The notes below the pieces were generated by a model, which was not told the DNA's origin, made no database searches, and saw nothing but the letters and a program-made list of their open reading frames with translations. Position numbers and translations under genes: made by a program. This document shows positions 32,916-41,962 of a DNA stretch of 44,435 bases, in pieces; the stretch's first letter is position 1, and the number at the start of each line of letters is the position of its first letter. This DNA is from Vulcanococcus sp. (GTDB lineage Bacteria; Cyanobacteriota; Cyanobacteriia; PCC-6307; Cyanobiaceae): the NCBI RefSeq assembly GCF_044369115.1, contig NZ_JBIPMN010000001.1:1-44435 (forward strand), in the 5' to 3' direction.

Positions 32916-33088
32916 CCGGGCGGCTCGGGAATCAAGGAGTCTACGGGCGCCGACCAGCCCTCAGCAGTCATGCGATTGATGCGGCTGCGCCAGATGCAGC
33001 AGAGCGTGGATCCAGATACGGGCGCCATCCTGTTTCAGGATCCACGGCTGAAAGACCTGGTGGCCGCTAAGGCAATCCCGCAGCACTG

Positions 33089-33123
33089 TCCAGCCTTTTG
33101 CGCATGCTGTACAGAACCCCGGC
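33089..33123. repeat. Dispersed ~35-bp palindrome, copy 5
   Basis: TCCAGCCT-TTTGCGC-ATGCT-GTACAGA-ACCCCGGC between uvrA and the Uma2 gene. Confidence 0.65.
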
Positions 33124-33171
33124 GAGCAGCTGGAACAACATCTCAAGCAACGAAAGAGAAACTGAACCTGG

Positions 33172-33795
33172 CTAGCCCTGCCATACCTCAGCCAGATCGA
33201 TCTGCAACCCCGGGAAGAGGTTGCCGGCATCGAGTGTTGTGGCAGGCGCGATCCGCTCAGTCTGTGAAGCCCCGGCCAACCACACCTCCACAGCCCGCTG
33301 CTCGGGAATCAACAACCAGCCGAGCTGAGCACCGTTGGCTTGGTAGGCGGCCATCTTTCGACGCAGGGCCGTGAGGCCGCGAGGACCTTCGTCGCTGGGG
33401 CTGGCCAGCTCCACCACAAGATCCGGACACAGGGGCGCAAAACCACGCCGCTCCTCGGCCGTCAGCGCCTCCCAGCGCTCGCGCCGCACCAACGAGGCAT
33501 CGGGGCTCAGCACCGAGCCGTCGGGCAATCGAAACCCTGTGGAGCTGTCGAACAGTTTGAGGGGCAGCCCAGATGCGCGAACACCAAGCCAAAGAAGGGC
33601 GCCGAGTGCCTGGTTTCTGGCACCTGTTTCACTGCCGGTGGGAGTCATCTGAATCAACTCACCGCTGGCATCAAGCTCCAGCACGGCATCGGGGTTGGCG
33701 TGGCAGACGGCTTCAAATTGGTCGGCTGTCAGCCGCAGACGTTCAGGCAGGAGGAGCGGAGCCAGACCGTTAGCAGGCACCGTTGCAAGCGTCAT
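33172..33795 (-). CDS. Uma2 (DUF820) family PD-(D/E)XK endonuclease
   Basis: FDSSTGFRLPDG, SPDAS, PLCPDLVVELASPSD, KMAAYQANGAQLGWLL. Confidence 0.92.
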   Translation of the reverse strand: MTLATVPANGLAPLLLPERLRLTADQFEAVCHANPDAVLELDASGELIQMTPTGSETGARNQALGALLWLGVRASGLPLKLFDSSTGFRLPDGSVLSPDASLVRRERWEALTAEERRGFAPLCPDLVVELASPSDEGPRGLTALRRKMAAYQANGAQLGWLLIPEQRAVEVWLAGASQTERIAPATTLDAGNLFPGLQIDLAEVWQG

Positions 33796-33883
33796 GGCCA
33801 GGTCGCAACGCCAGCTTCAGCCTAGGGCGGCTGTTCGCTAGAGGCTGGAGCGCACAAGCCCCAAGACAGCAGTGGCCTGACGG

Positions 33884-35560
33884 CTAGCCCGCGCGCTTGA
33901 GCAGGCTGGCGGCATAGCTGCGGGTTTCGCCGGAATCACCACCGGCCAGTTCGGCCAGTTCGGCCTGGCGGGCCTGAGTGTCCCGCAGTTGGGACACCTG
34001 GGTGTGGGTGACACCATCGCGCACCTGCTTGGACACGCGGAAGTGGTGATCAGCCGCCGCGGCCACCAGGGGCTGGTGGGTGACGCAGAACACCTGGCGT
34101 TGCTGGGCCAGGCGCTGCAGCAGCTCGGCCATGGCACCGCTGACGCGGCCGCTCACGCCGGTGTCGATCTCATCGAACAGCAGGGTCACGTGCTGGTCAG
34201 CGGCAGCGAGGCAGGTTTTGAGGGCCAACAGGAAGCGGCTCATCTCACCGCCGGAAGCCACCTCGGCCAGGGGAGCGAGGGGCTGGCCAGGGTTGGCGGA
34301 AAACAAGAACTGCACGGCATCGGCACCCTCGTCGCCAGGGGCCGCCGCTTCCATGGCCACGCTGAAGCGCACATTGGCCAGGCCCATCGGCCGCAGAGCC
34401 TGCATCAGCTGGTTTTCCAGCTCAGCGGCAGCGGCGCGGCGAGCCGCACTGAGAGAAGCATTGCAACGATCGCGCTGCTGGCGGGCTGCAGACTCAGCCG
34501 CCTCGAGCGCCTCCAAACTGGCCTCAGCTCCTCCGGGAGCCAGCTGCTCCCGCAGCTGATCGCGCCACGCCATCAGCTCTTCAAGGCTCTTGCCATGGCG
34601 GCGCTCCAGGGCCTTGAGCTGGGCGATGCGCTCCTGCAGTTGCCCGAGGCTCTCAGGGTCGCTCTCGAGCAGCGCCCCATAGCGATCGAGATCGCGGGCC
34701 AGATCCTGGAGCTGGGCCAGGCCCTCGCTGCAACGGCTAGCCAGCGCCGCCGCCTCAGGGTCCAGCTGCTGCATCGCCGCCAACTCGCCCTCACAGGCCG
34801 CCAGGTGGTCCAGCACAGACGGAGCTTCTTCCGCTCCATCCACCAGCCGGCCCAGCAGGGTCATCACCCCTTCCTGCAGGCGCACCCCATGGGCGAGGCG
34901 GTTTTCCTCGGCCTGGAGGCGCTCCCGCTCCGTCGGGTCATCAAGCTGGGCGGCCTCCAGATCCGTGAGCAGTTGCTCCTGCCGCTCGCGCTCCTGCTGC
35001 AGCTGCTCCCAGTTGCTGCGGGCCTGCTCGAGCTTCTGAGCAGCGGCACGCCAGGCGCGGTAAGCCTCCGCTACCGGAGCGAGTAGACCCTGCAGCAGAT
35101 CACCGGCAAAACGATCCAGCCAGCGCCGCTGCTGACCCGGGCGCGCCAGGTGCTGGGTTTGCCCCTGCACGGTGAGATCGAGCAGCAGGGGGCGCAGCTC
35201 CTGGATCTGGGCGCGATTCACCGCCACACCATTGAGTCGGTGGCGACTACTGAGGCGCTCGTCGCTCAGGCGCCACTCCCGCGTGAGCAGGATTTCACCG
35301 TCTTCGGCGTCGAGCTCCTGCTGCTCGAGCCAACGTTGCAGCGGCGGCGTGAGGCTGAAGCTCGCCTCGATCACACCCCGCTCGCTCCCCTGGCGCAGCA
35401 GCCGCGGCCCTCCGGATCCACCCAGAAGTGCATCCAGCGCATCCAAAAGGATGGATTTGCCGGCGCCGGTTTCACCGGTGAGCACCGTGAACCCACCACT
35501 GAAATCGAGCTGCAAGTGCTCGATCAGGGCGATGTTCTGCAGGCGCAGTCCGGTGAGCAC
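33884..35560 (-). CDS. recN: DNA repair protein RecN
   Basis: LTGETGAGKS, long coiled coil, ASGGEMSR, FDEIDTG, VTHQP; start at GTG 35560. Confidence 0.96.
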   Translation of the reverse strand: MLTGLRLQNIALIEHLQLDFSGGFTVLTGETGAGKSILLDALDALLGGSGGPRLLRQGSERGVIEASFSLTPPLQRWLEQQELDAEDGEILLTREWRLSDERLSSRHRLNGVAVNRAQIQELRPLLLDLTVQGQTQHLARPGQQRRWLDRFAGDLLQGLLAPVAEAYRAWRAAAQKLEQARSNWEQLQQERERQEQLLTDLEAAQLDDPTERERLQAEENRLAHGVRLQEGVMTLLGRLVDGAEEAPSVLDHLAACEGELAAMQQLDPEAAALASRCSEGLAQLQDLARDLDRYGALLESDPESLGQLQERIAQLKALERRHGKSLEELMAWRDQLREQLAPGGAEASLEALEAAESAARQQRDRCNASLSAARRAAAAELENQLMQALRPMGLANVRFSVAMEAAAPGDEGADAVQFLFSANPGQPLAPLAEVASGGEMSRFLLALKTCLAAADQHVTLLFDEIDTGVSGRVSGAMAELLQRLAQQRQVFCVTHQPLVAAAADHHFRVSKQVRDGVTHTQVSQLRDTQARQAELAELAGGDSGETRSYAASLLKRAG

Positions 35561-35707
35561 AGCTGGCGGCCGGTGTTGAGCCCGACCGTAGCGGCTGCGT
35601 CTTTCGTTTAGAAGAGGGACAACACTGAATGGGCACCCGGGGCCCGAACCCGCGGTATGCCAGGCACCAACAGTCCACTCACCCCCCTGGAAGCCGCCAG
35701 CGCCGCC

Positions 35708-37828
35708 ATGCGCCGCTCTGTTCTGGGCGAGCTGATCGACGACCCCACGCGGGACGACCGAACCGAGGGCACAACTGACCACACAACCAGCACCCACGCA
35801 GATCACGGACCGACCGGGACGGTCAAAGAAGGATCAGCGTCGTTTCCAGAATTTTGTACAGACAGTACAGAGAACCGGACACTCCCCCAAACACAATCCA
35901 GCCCGTCGCCGATCGCTCCCTCTGCGCCACCCAACGCCGACCTCAGCGATTTCATTGAGGTGTCCGGCCTGCTCGAATACGACCCCGCGGCCATCAGCCG
36001 CATCTATGCCGGCGCCCCCCAGCGCCTGATTCGGCGCATCTGGCAAACGCTGGTGCCGATCGGCCTCTACCTAGTAAGCGTGGGGATCGACTGGCTCACC
36101 CGCCGGCTCAGCAATCCCGATCACGCGCGGGCTCGCGCCAAGGAAGCCGCCGACCTGGTGGCTTCCCTCGGCCCCGCCTTCATCAAGGCGGGCCAGGCCC
36201 TCTCCACCCGGCCCGACATCGTGCCCCCCCTTCTGCTGGAGGAGCTGGCGGGCCTGCAAGACCAACTGCCGGGCTTCGATTCAGCCCTGGCGATGGCCTG
36301 CATCGAAGACGACCTCGGCGCCCCGATCGCCTCGATCTACGCCGAGCTGGAGCGCGAACCGATCTCCGCCGCCTCCCTGGGCCAGGTGCACCGGGGCGTG
36401 TTGCTCAACGGCGAGAAGGTGGCCGTGAAGGTGCAGCGGCCGGGCCTGCGCGAGCAGATCACGCTTGATCTCTACATCGTGCGCAACATCGCCGCCTGGC
36501 TCAACCGCAACATCGGCCTGATCCGCTCCGATCTGGTGGCCCTGATCGATGAGCTGGGCAAGCGGGTGTTCGAGGAGATGGACTACTGCAACGAGGCCTC
36601 CAACGCCGAGCGTTTCGCCGAACTGCACGCCCACAACCCTCGGATCGCCGTGCCGCGCATCCACCGCCATGCCACGGCCCGGCGGGTGCTCACGATGGAG
36701 TGGATCGATGGGGTGAAGCTCACCAACCTCGAGGCGGTGCGCCAGCTCGGCATCGACCCCGACGACATGGTGAGCGTGGGCGTGAACTGCTCGCTGCAGC
36801 AGCTGCTGGAGCACGGCTTCTTCCATGCCGATCCCCACCCCGGCAACCTGCTGGCCCTGGCCGATGGGCGCCTCGCCTATCTGGATTTCGGGATGATGAG
36901 CACCGTGAGCCGCGAAAGCCGCACGGGGCTGATCCAGGCGGTGGTGCACCTGGTGAACCGCAACTTCGGCAAGCTCTCCAAAGACTTTGTGAGCCTCGGC
37001 TTCCTGGCGGAAGACGTGGATCTCTCACCGATCGTGCCGGCCTTCGAGCAGGTGTTCGGTCAGGCCCTGGAGATGGGGGTGAGCCGCATGGATTTCAAGG
37101 CCGTCACCGACGACCTCAGCGGCGTGATGTACCGCTTCCCCTTCCAGGTGCCGCCCTACTACGCCCTGATCATCCGCTCGTTGGTGACGCTCGAAGGCAT
37201 CGCCCTGAGCGTCGACCCCGACTTCAAGATCCTCGGCGCCGCCTATCCCTACTTCGCCCGCCGGCTGATGGAAGATCCCGATCCGCAGCTGCGCAACAGC
37301 CTCAAGGAGATGCTGTTCGACGGCGAGATCTTCCGCTGGCAGCGGCTCGACAACCTGATCAGCAGCGCCGCCAGCGGCAGCCAGCTCGATCTCGACGGCC
37401 TGCTGGATCAGGTGCTCGATTTCCTGTTCTCCCCCAACGCCGGGATGCTGCGCGGGCAGCTGGTGGAGGCAGCGGTGAATCAGATGGATGCCCTGGGCTG
37501 GCAAACCACCCTGCGCATCACCCAGCGGCTGCCACGGCTGCTGCGGCCGCCCGGCCTGCGCGATGCCCTGCCGATGAGCGCCAACGACGCCGAACTGCTC
37601 TCACTCGAACCGATCCAACGGCTTGTGGCCATCCTGGGCCAGCTCCCTGGCTTCGAGCCGCAGCTGCTGCTGAAGCGGATCCCGCGGCTGCTGCAGGAAA
37701 CTGAGCTGCGCCGCATGGGGGCCGAGCTGGCCCGCGGTCTGGCGGAGCGCGGTGTGGTGCACCTGGTGCGCGATGTGCTGATCGGGGTGGATCGCAGCCG
37801 ACCGATCCCCACCCAGCAACCCGCCTAA
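35708..37828 (+). CDS. ABC1/AarF/UbiB family atypical kinase
   Basis: LGPAFIKAGQALSTRPD, AASLGQVH, VAVKVQRP, FFHADPHPGN, LDFG; start uncertain (35657 or 35708). Confidence 0.92.
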   Translation: MRRSVLGELIDDPTRDDRTEGTTDHTTSTHADHGPTGTVKEGSASFPEFCTDSTENRTLPQTQSSPSPIAPSAPPNADLSDFIEVSGLLEYDPAAISRIYAGAPQRLIRRIWQTLVPIGLYLVSVGIDWLTRRLSNPDHARARAKEAADLVASLGPAFIKAGQALSTRPDIVPPLLLEELAGLQDQLPGFDSALAMACIEDDLGAPIASIYAELEREPISAASLGQVHRGVLLNGEKVAVKVQRPGLREQITLDLYIVRNIAAWLNRNIGLIRSDLVALIDELGKRVFEEMDYCNEASNAERFAELHAHNPRIAVPRIHRHATARRVLTMEWIDGVKLTNLEAVRQLGIDPDDMVSVGVNCSLQQLLEHGFFHADPHPGNLLALADGRLAYLDFGMMSTVSRESRTGLIQAVVHLVNRNFGKLSKDFVSLGFLAEDVDLSPIVPAFEQVFGQALEMGVSRMDFKAVTDDLSGVMYRFPFQVPPYYALIIRSLVTLEGIALSVDPDFKILGAAYPYFARRLMEDPDPQLRNSLKEMLFDGEIFRWQRLDNLISSAASGSQLDLDGLLDQVLDFLFSPNAGMLRGQLVEAAVNQMDALGWQTTLRITQRLPRLLRPPGLRDALPMSANDAELLSLEPIQRLVAILGQLPGFEPQLLLKRIPRLLQETELRRMGAELARGLAERGVVHLVRDVLIGVDRSRPIPTQQPA
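35845..35879. repeat. Dispersed ~35-bp palindrome, copy 6 (in ABC1 N-terminal extension)
   Basis: TCCAGAAT-TTTGTAC-AGACA-GTACAGA-GAACCGGA. Confidence 0.75.
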
Positions 37829-37858
37829 GGTCGGCCCCAGGTTGCTCATCCGCTCACC

Positions 37859-38446
37859 ATGGCCGCACGCAAGCGTCAGCGTCTGGTTGCCGCACTGCTG
37901 GGTCTGGGCCTGATCGGCGGTTCACCAGCAGCGCTGGCAGCCGAAAATGTGGTGTTCGTCACCGGGGCTTTCCGCCGCTCGATCGCGGTGGCCGACCTGG
38001 AGCTGTTGGCCTCCACGGGCGAGGCCCGGGGCCTGATCGCCGACGTGCTCAAGATCGCCAAACAGAAGCCGGAGGAGGTGAGCAAGCTGCTCAAGGCCGA
38101 GCTCTCGATCCCGCTGCTGCTCACCAGCCGCCTGCTCAGCACCCGCCTGGGGGAAGCGCTGCTGGCCCGGGTGGCGCAGATCATCTACCCCCTCTACGCC
38201 AAAGGGGCCGGCATCCCGGCGCTGCGGGCCGGCGTGATCAATGCCCTGGTGGCCACCGACGGCAAGCTCAGCGCCATCGGCTTCATCAAGGCCTACCCCG
38301 TGGATGAGATGGAGGTGAGCATCCCGGCGCTGCTGGCGGTGCTGCAGAAAGCCAAGTCGATCAGCGAGCTGGCCCAGTTCTTCATGGAGTCGCCCCTGGA
38401 TGGGCTGCGGGGGACCGGCGGCAGCACCACGAAACCCGCCCCGTAG
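37859..38446 (+). CDS. DUF1400 (alpha/beta hydrolase-associated) protein with signal peptide
   Basis: Signal peptide ALA-AE, GAFRRSIAVADL, GEALL, ALRAGVI, FIKAYP pattern. Confidence 0.75.
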   Translation: MAARKRQRLVAALLGLGLIGGSPAALAAENVVFVTGAFRRSIAVADLELLASTGEARGLIADVLKIAKQKPEEVSKLLKAELSIPLLLTSRLLSTRLGEALLARVAQIIYPLYAKGAGIPALRAGVINALVATDGKLSAIGFIKAYPVDEMEVSIPALLAVLQKAKSISELAQFFMESPLDGLRGTGGSTTKPAP

Positions 38447-38525
38447 ATTCGCCTTCAGACCGTCCCTGCAGCCTGTGGCCCTGTTGTCCTCCCTTCGCCG
38501 GCGCCTGGGACACACCCGCCCGGCC

Positions 38526-39584
38526 ATGCAGGACTGGCCCGGCCTGATCGAGGCCTACCGCAAGTGGCTACCGGTGAGCGACAAAACGCCGGTGATCACC
38601 CTGCGGGAGGGGGCCACCCCGCTGATCCCGGCGCCGGTGATTGCGGAACGCATCGGCCGTGGCGTGAAGGTGTACCTGAAATACGACGGCCTCAACCCCA
38701 CCGGCTCCTTCAAAGACCGGGGGATGACCATGGCCATCTCCAAGGCCAAGGAAGCGGGCTCCGAGGCCGTGATCTGCGCCAGCACCGGCAACACCTCGGC
38801 GGCAGCTGCCGCCTATGCCCGCCGCGGCGGCATGCGCGCTTTTGTGCTGATCCCGGATGGCTACGTGGCCCAGGGCAAGCTCGCCCAGGCTCTGCTCTAC
38901 GGCGCCGAGGTGCTGGCGGTGAAGGGCAACTTCGACCGCGCGTTGGCCATCGTGCAGGAGGTGGCCAACCAATACCCGATCACCCTCGTGAATTCGGTGA
39001 ACCCGTACCGCCTGCAGGGCCAGAAAACGGCGGCTTTCGAAGTGGTGGATGCTCTGGGCGAGGCGCCCGACTGGCTCTGCATCCCCGTGGGAAATGCCGG
39101 CAACATCAGCGCCTACTGGATGGGCTTCAACGAATACAAGGCAGCAGGCCACAGCCGCCGCCTGCCGCGGATGATGGGCTTCCAGGCCGCTGGATCGGCG
39201 CCGCTGGTGCTGGGTCACACCGTGGAGCAGCCCGACACGATCGCCACCGCCATCCGCATCGGTAACCCGGTGAACAAGGAACGGGCCCTGAAAGCCCGCG
39301 CTGAAAGCAACGGCGATTTCATGGCCGTGACGGACACCGAAATCATCGAGGCCTACAAGCTGCTCGGCAGCGGTGAAGGTGTGTTCTGCGAGCCCGCCAG
39401 CGCCGCCTCCGTGGCCGGGCTGCTCAAGCGCCGTGAGGAGGTGCCCGCCGGCGCCACGGTGGTGTGCGTGCTCACCGGCAACGGCCTGAAGGACCCGACC
39501 ACCGCCATCGAACACAACGATTCCAAGTTCCACACGGGGCTGGAACCTGACACGAGCATCGTGGCGAAGGTGATGGGGTTCTGA
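38526..39584 (+). CDS. thrC: Threonine synthase
   Basis: EGATPL, PLP lysine in NPTGSFKDRG, ASTGNTS, PVGNAGN, TGNGLKDP; alternative GTG start at 38475. Confidence 0.96.
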   Translation: MQDWPGLIEAYRKWLPVSDKTPVITLREGATPLIPAPVIAERIGRGVKVYLKYDGLNPTGSFKDRGMTMAISKAKEAGSEAVICASTGNTSAAAAAYARRGGMRAFVLIPDGYVAQGKLAQALLYGAEVLAVKGNFDRALAIVQEVANQYPITLVNSVNPYRLQGQKTAAFEVVDALGEAPDWLCIPVGNAGNISAYWMGFNEYKAAGHSRRLPRMMGFQAAGSAPLVLGHTVEQPDTIATAIRIGNPVNKERALKARAESNGDFMAVTDTEIIEAYKLLGSGEGVFCEPASAASVAGLLKRREEVPAGATVVCVLTGNGLKDPTTAIEHNDSKFHTGLEPDTSIVAKVMGF

Positions 39585-39619
39585 ACCCACCAACCTGAAC
39601 AAACGAGGGTTTACGCCCC

Positions 39620-39657
39620 CAAAAAGCCCCGCCGGGTTTCCTCGGCGGGGCTTTTTG
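39620..39657. terminator. Bidirectional intrinsic terminator after thrC
   Basis: CAAAAAGCCCCGCCG-GGTTTCCT-CGGCGGGGCTTTTTG. Confidence 0.9.
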
Positions 39658-39659
39658 CT

Positions 39660-40030
39660 GCAAGACAACCACAAAAGCGTCTGTTCACAGGCTGAGGAAA
39701 ACCCGCCAGACCAACCAGGGAAAACTATGGGCGTCCAACACAGCCTGAACCCGTGAGTTTTCCGCAATGGCGGGAATCAGCGGAAAACAAGCTTTTCCGG
39801 ATGCGCTCACTGACGCAATCACCAGGGCTGTGGAAACAAGATCAGTTGCGCTGCAGTGCTTTAGAAGGGTTTTGATCCGTTTCCCCACCCTCTACGGCTG
39901 CGAATTTGGATTTTGTTCTTTGAATCTCTTGATCCGTTAGACGTCGGGTTGGGGAGAAGTGGGGAAACCGCTCGCTGGCCCCGTTGCACTTCCCGCCCTG
40001 TTGTGGAAGCGTGGGAGCCGCTTTGCCCAT
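39660..40030. other. Probable chromosomal replication origin oriC
   Basis: Non-coding region upstream of dnaN with several near-matches to TTTTCCACA (39693-39701, 39758-39766, 39829-39837 with one mismatch; 39779-39787, 39793-39801, 39960-39968, 40002-40010 with two) and a T-rich stretch at ~39903-39939. Confidence 0.75.
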
Positions 40031-40033
40031 GCC

Positions 40034-41164
40034 ATGAAGCTGGTCTGTTCCCAGGCCGAACTCAACGCCAGCCTTCAGCTGGTGAGCCGGGCCGTGGCGG
40101 GTAGGCCAACCCATCCGGTGTTGGCCAATGTGCTGCTCACGGCCGATGCCGGCACGGGCCGCCTCAGCCTCACCGGGTTTGACCTGAGCCTGGGCATTCA
40201 GACCAGCCTCAGCGCCGCGGTGCAGACCAGCGGTGCCATCACCCTGCCGGCCCGTTTGTTGGGTGAGATCGTGTCGCGGATGCCTGCCGACAGTCCGATC
40301 GGGCTCACGGCGCTCGAGGGCGGCGAGCAGGTGGAACTCACCAGCGCCTCCGGCAGTTATCAGATGCGTGGGATGCCCGCTGAAGATTTTCCGGAGCTGC
40401 CCCTCGCCCAGGCCGCCACGCCGATCAAGCTTGACCCTGAGATGCTGGTGAAAGGCCTGCGGGCCACCCTGTTCGCCAGCAGCAGCGACGAAGCCAAGCA
40501 GCTGCTCACAGGGGTGCATCTGGGCCTGGATGCCGACGGCCTGGAATGCGCCGCCACCGATGGCCACCGGCTGGCGGTGCTGCGCTTGCCCAACAGCGCT
40601 GAGGCGGAAGCCGAACTGGATGTGACCGTGCCTGCCCGCTCCCTGCGGGAGCTGGAGCGGTTGCTCTCCAGCCGTGGCGGCAGCGATCCGGTGAGCCTGT
40701 TCTGTGATCGCGGCCAGGTGGTGTTCCAGTGGGCTGATCAGGTGCTCACCAGCCGCAGCCTCGATGGCACCTATCCCAACTACCGCCAGCTGATCCCGGA
40801 GAGCTTCGGCCGCAGCCTCAAGCTGGATCGCAAGGGGTTGCTCAGCGCCCTGGAACGGGTGGCGGTTCTGGCTGATCAGCACAACAACGTGGTGAAGATC
40901 AGCAGCGATCCCGCCGCCGGTCAGCTGGCGATCAGCGCCGACGCTCAGGACGTGGGCAGCGGCTCCGAATCGATCGCCGCCGCCGTGAGCGGTGACGCCA
41001 TCCAGATCGCTTTCAACGTGCGCTACGTGCTCGAGGGCTTGAAGGCGATGAGCGCCGAGCGGGTGGAGGTGCGCTGCAACGCCCCCACCACGCCGGTGGT
41101 GCTGGCCCCGGAGGATGCCTCGGCCTTCACCTACCTGGTGATGCCGGTGCAGATCCGCCAGTGA
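40034..41164 (+). CDS. dnaN: DNA polymerase III beta sliding clamp
   Basis: MKLVCSQAEL, HPVLANVLL, AATDGHRL, GTYPNYRQLIP, IAFNVRY, YLVMPVQIR. Confidence 0.98.
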   Translation: MKLVCSQAELNASLQLVSRAVAGRPTHPVLANVLLTADAGTGRLSLTGFDLSLGIQTSLSAAVQTSGAITLPARLLGEIVSRMPADSPIGLTALEGGEQVELTSASGSYQMRGMPAEDFPELPLAQAATPIKLDPEMLVKGLRATLFASSSDEAKQLLTGVHLGLDADGLECAATDGHRLAVLRLPNSAEAEAELDVTVPARSLRELERLLSSRGGSDPVSLFCDRGQVVFQWADQVLTSRSLDGTYPNYRQLIPESFGRSLKLDRKGLLSALERVAVLADQHNNVVKISSDPAAGQLAISADAQDVGSGSESIAAAVSGDAIQIAFNVRYVLEGLKAMSAERVEVRCNAPTTPVVLAPEDASAFTYLVMPVQIRQ

Positions 41165-41952
41165 GCCTCCCGGAGCAGTTGCTGCTCAGCGACCTGTTGC
41201 GGCGCCATGTGCGCTGTGATCGGGGGGTGGATCACGGCGCTGGCGCGCTCGCCTGGATGCATCCGCCGGTGCATCGCCTTCTGGGCTGGATCAGCAAGCC
41301 CTCGGCCTTCGGCGATCGTCGCCTCGCCTGGCGGCTCGATCAGCTGCGGGGGCTCAGTGAGCAGGAGGCGCTGGTGCAGGGAGACCCGGCCGACACCGAT
41401 CTCCCCACGGTGGATCGCCTGCCCACCCTGATTGATGCGGCGCTGCTCGATCGCCGCGGTGATCCGATCGGCACCGTGGCTGATGCGGCGGTGGAGCTCA
41501 GCAGCGGTCGGATTCTCCACTACTTGGTGTCGCGCAGCGACCCGCGTCTGCCCGGCAGCAGCCGCTGGCGCCTCAGCCCTGAGCGCATCAGCGATCAGCA
41601 GCCCGGTCAGGTGTTCACAGGGCTGAGCGAGCTGGATGATCTGCCCTTAGCTCGCGCCAGCGTGCGCCAGGAGTTTCTGCGCCGCGGCCGCCGCTGGCGC
41701 GATCAGCTGCAGGAGGAAACCGAGCGATTGCGCGACCAGTTCCAGCAGGCCGGCGATCGCTTCGAGGAGCGCTTGGAGGGTTGGATGGAAGAGGAACCCA
41801 GCTGGGAGCGGCAGCCCGACCAGCCTCAGCCCCCTCGACGGCCGGCCGAAGCCTGGGATGATTGGGACGACGACCGGGATTCCTACGACGCTCCGCCATC
41901 CCGGTCACGCCCCCAGCGGCCGGGCGGGCAAGACGATGATCCCTGGCTCTGA
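41161..41952 (+). CDS. Conserved picocyanobacterial PRC-barrel-like protein
   Basis: GTGA overlap with the dnaN stop; WMHPPVHRLLGW, YLVSRSDPRLPGSSRWRL; acidic tail DDDPWL. Confidence 0.75.
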   Translation: MSLPEQLLLSDLLRRHVRCDRGVDHGAGALAWMHPPVHRLLGWISKPSAFGDRRLAWRLDQLRGLSEQEALVQGDPADTDLPTVDRLPTLIDAALLDRRGDPIGTVADAAVELSSGRILHYLVSRSDPRLPGSSRWRLSPERISDQQPGQVFTGLSELDDLPLARASVRQEFLRRGRRWRDQLQEETERLRDQFQQAGDRFEERLEGWMEEEPSWERQPDQPQPPRRPAEAWDDWDDDRDSYDAPPSRSRPQRPGGQDDDPWL

Positions 41953-41962
41953 GGGCTGAACC

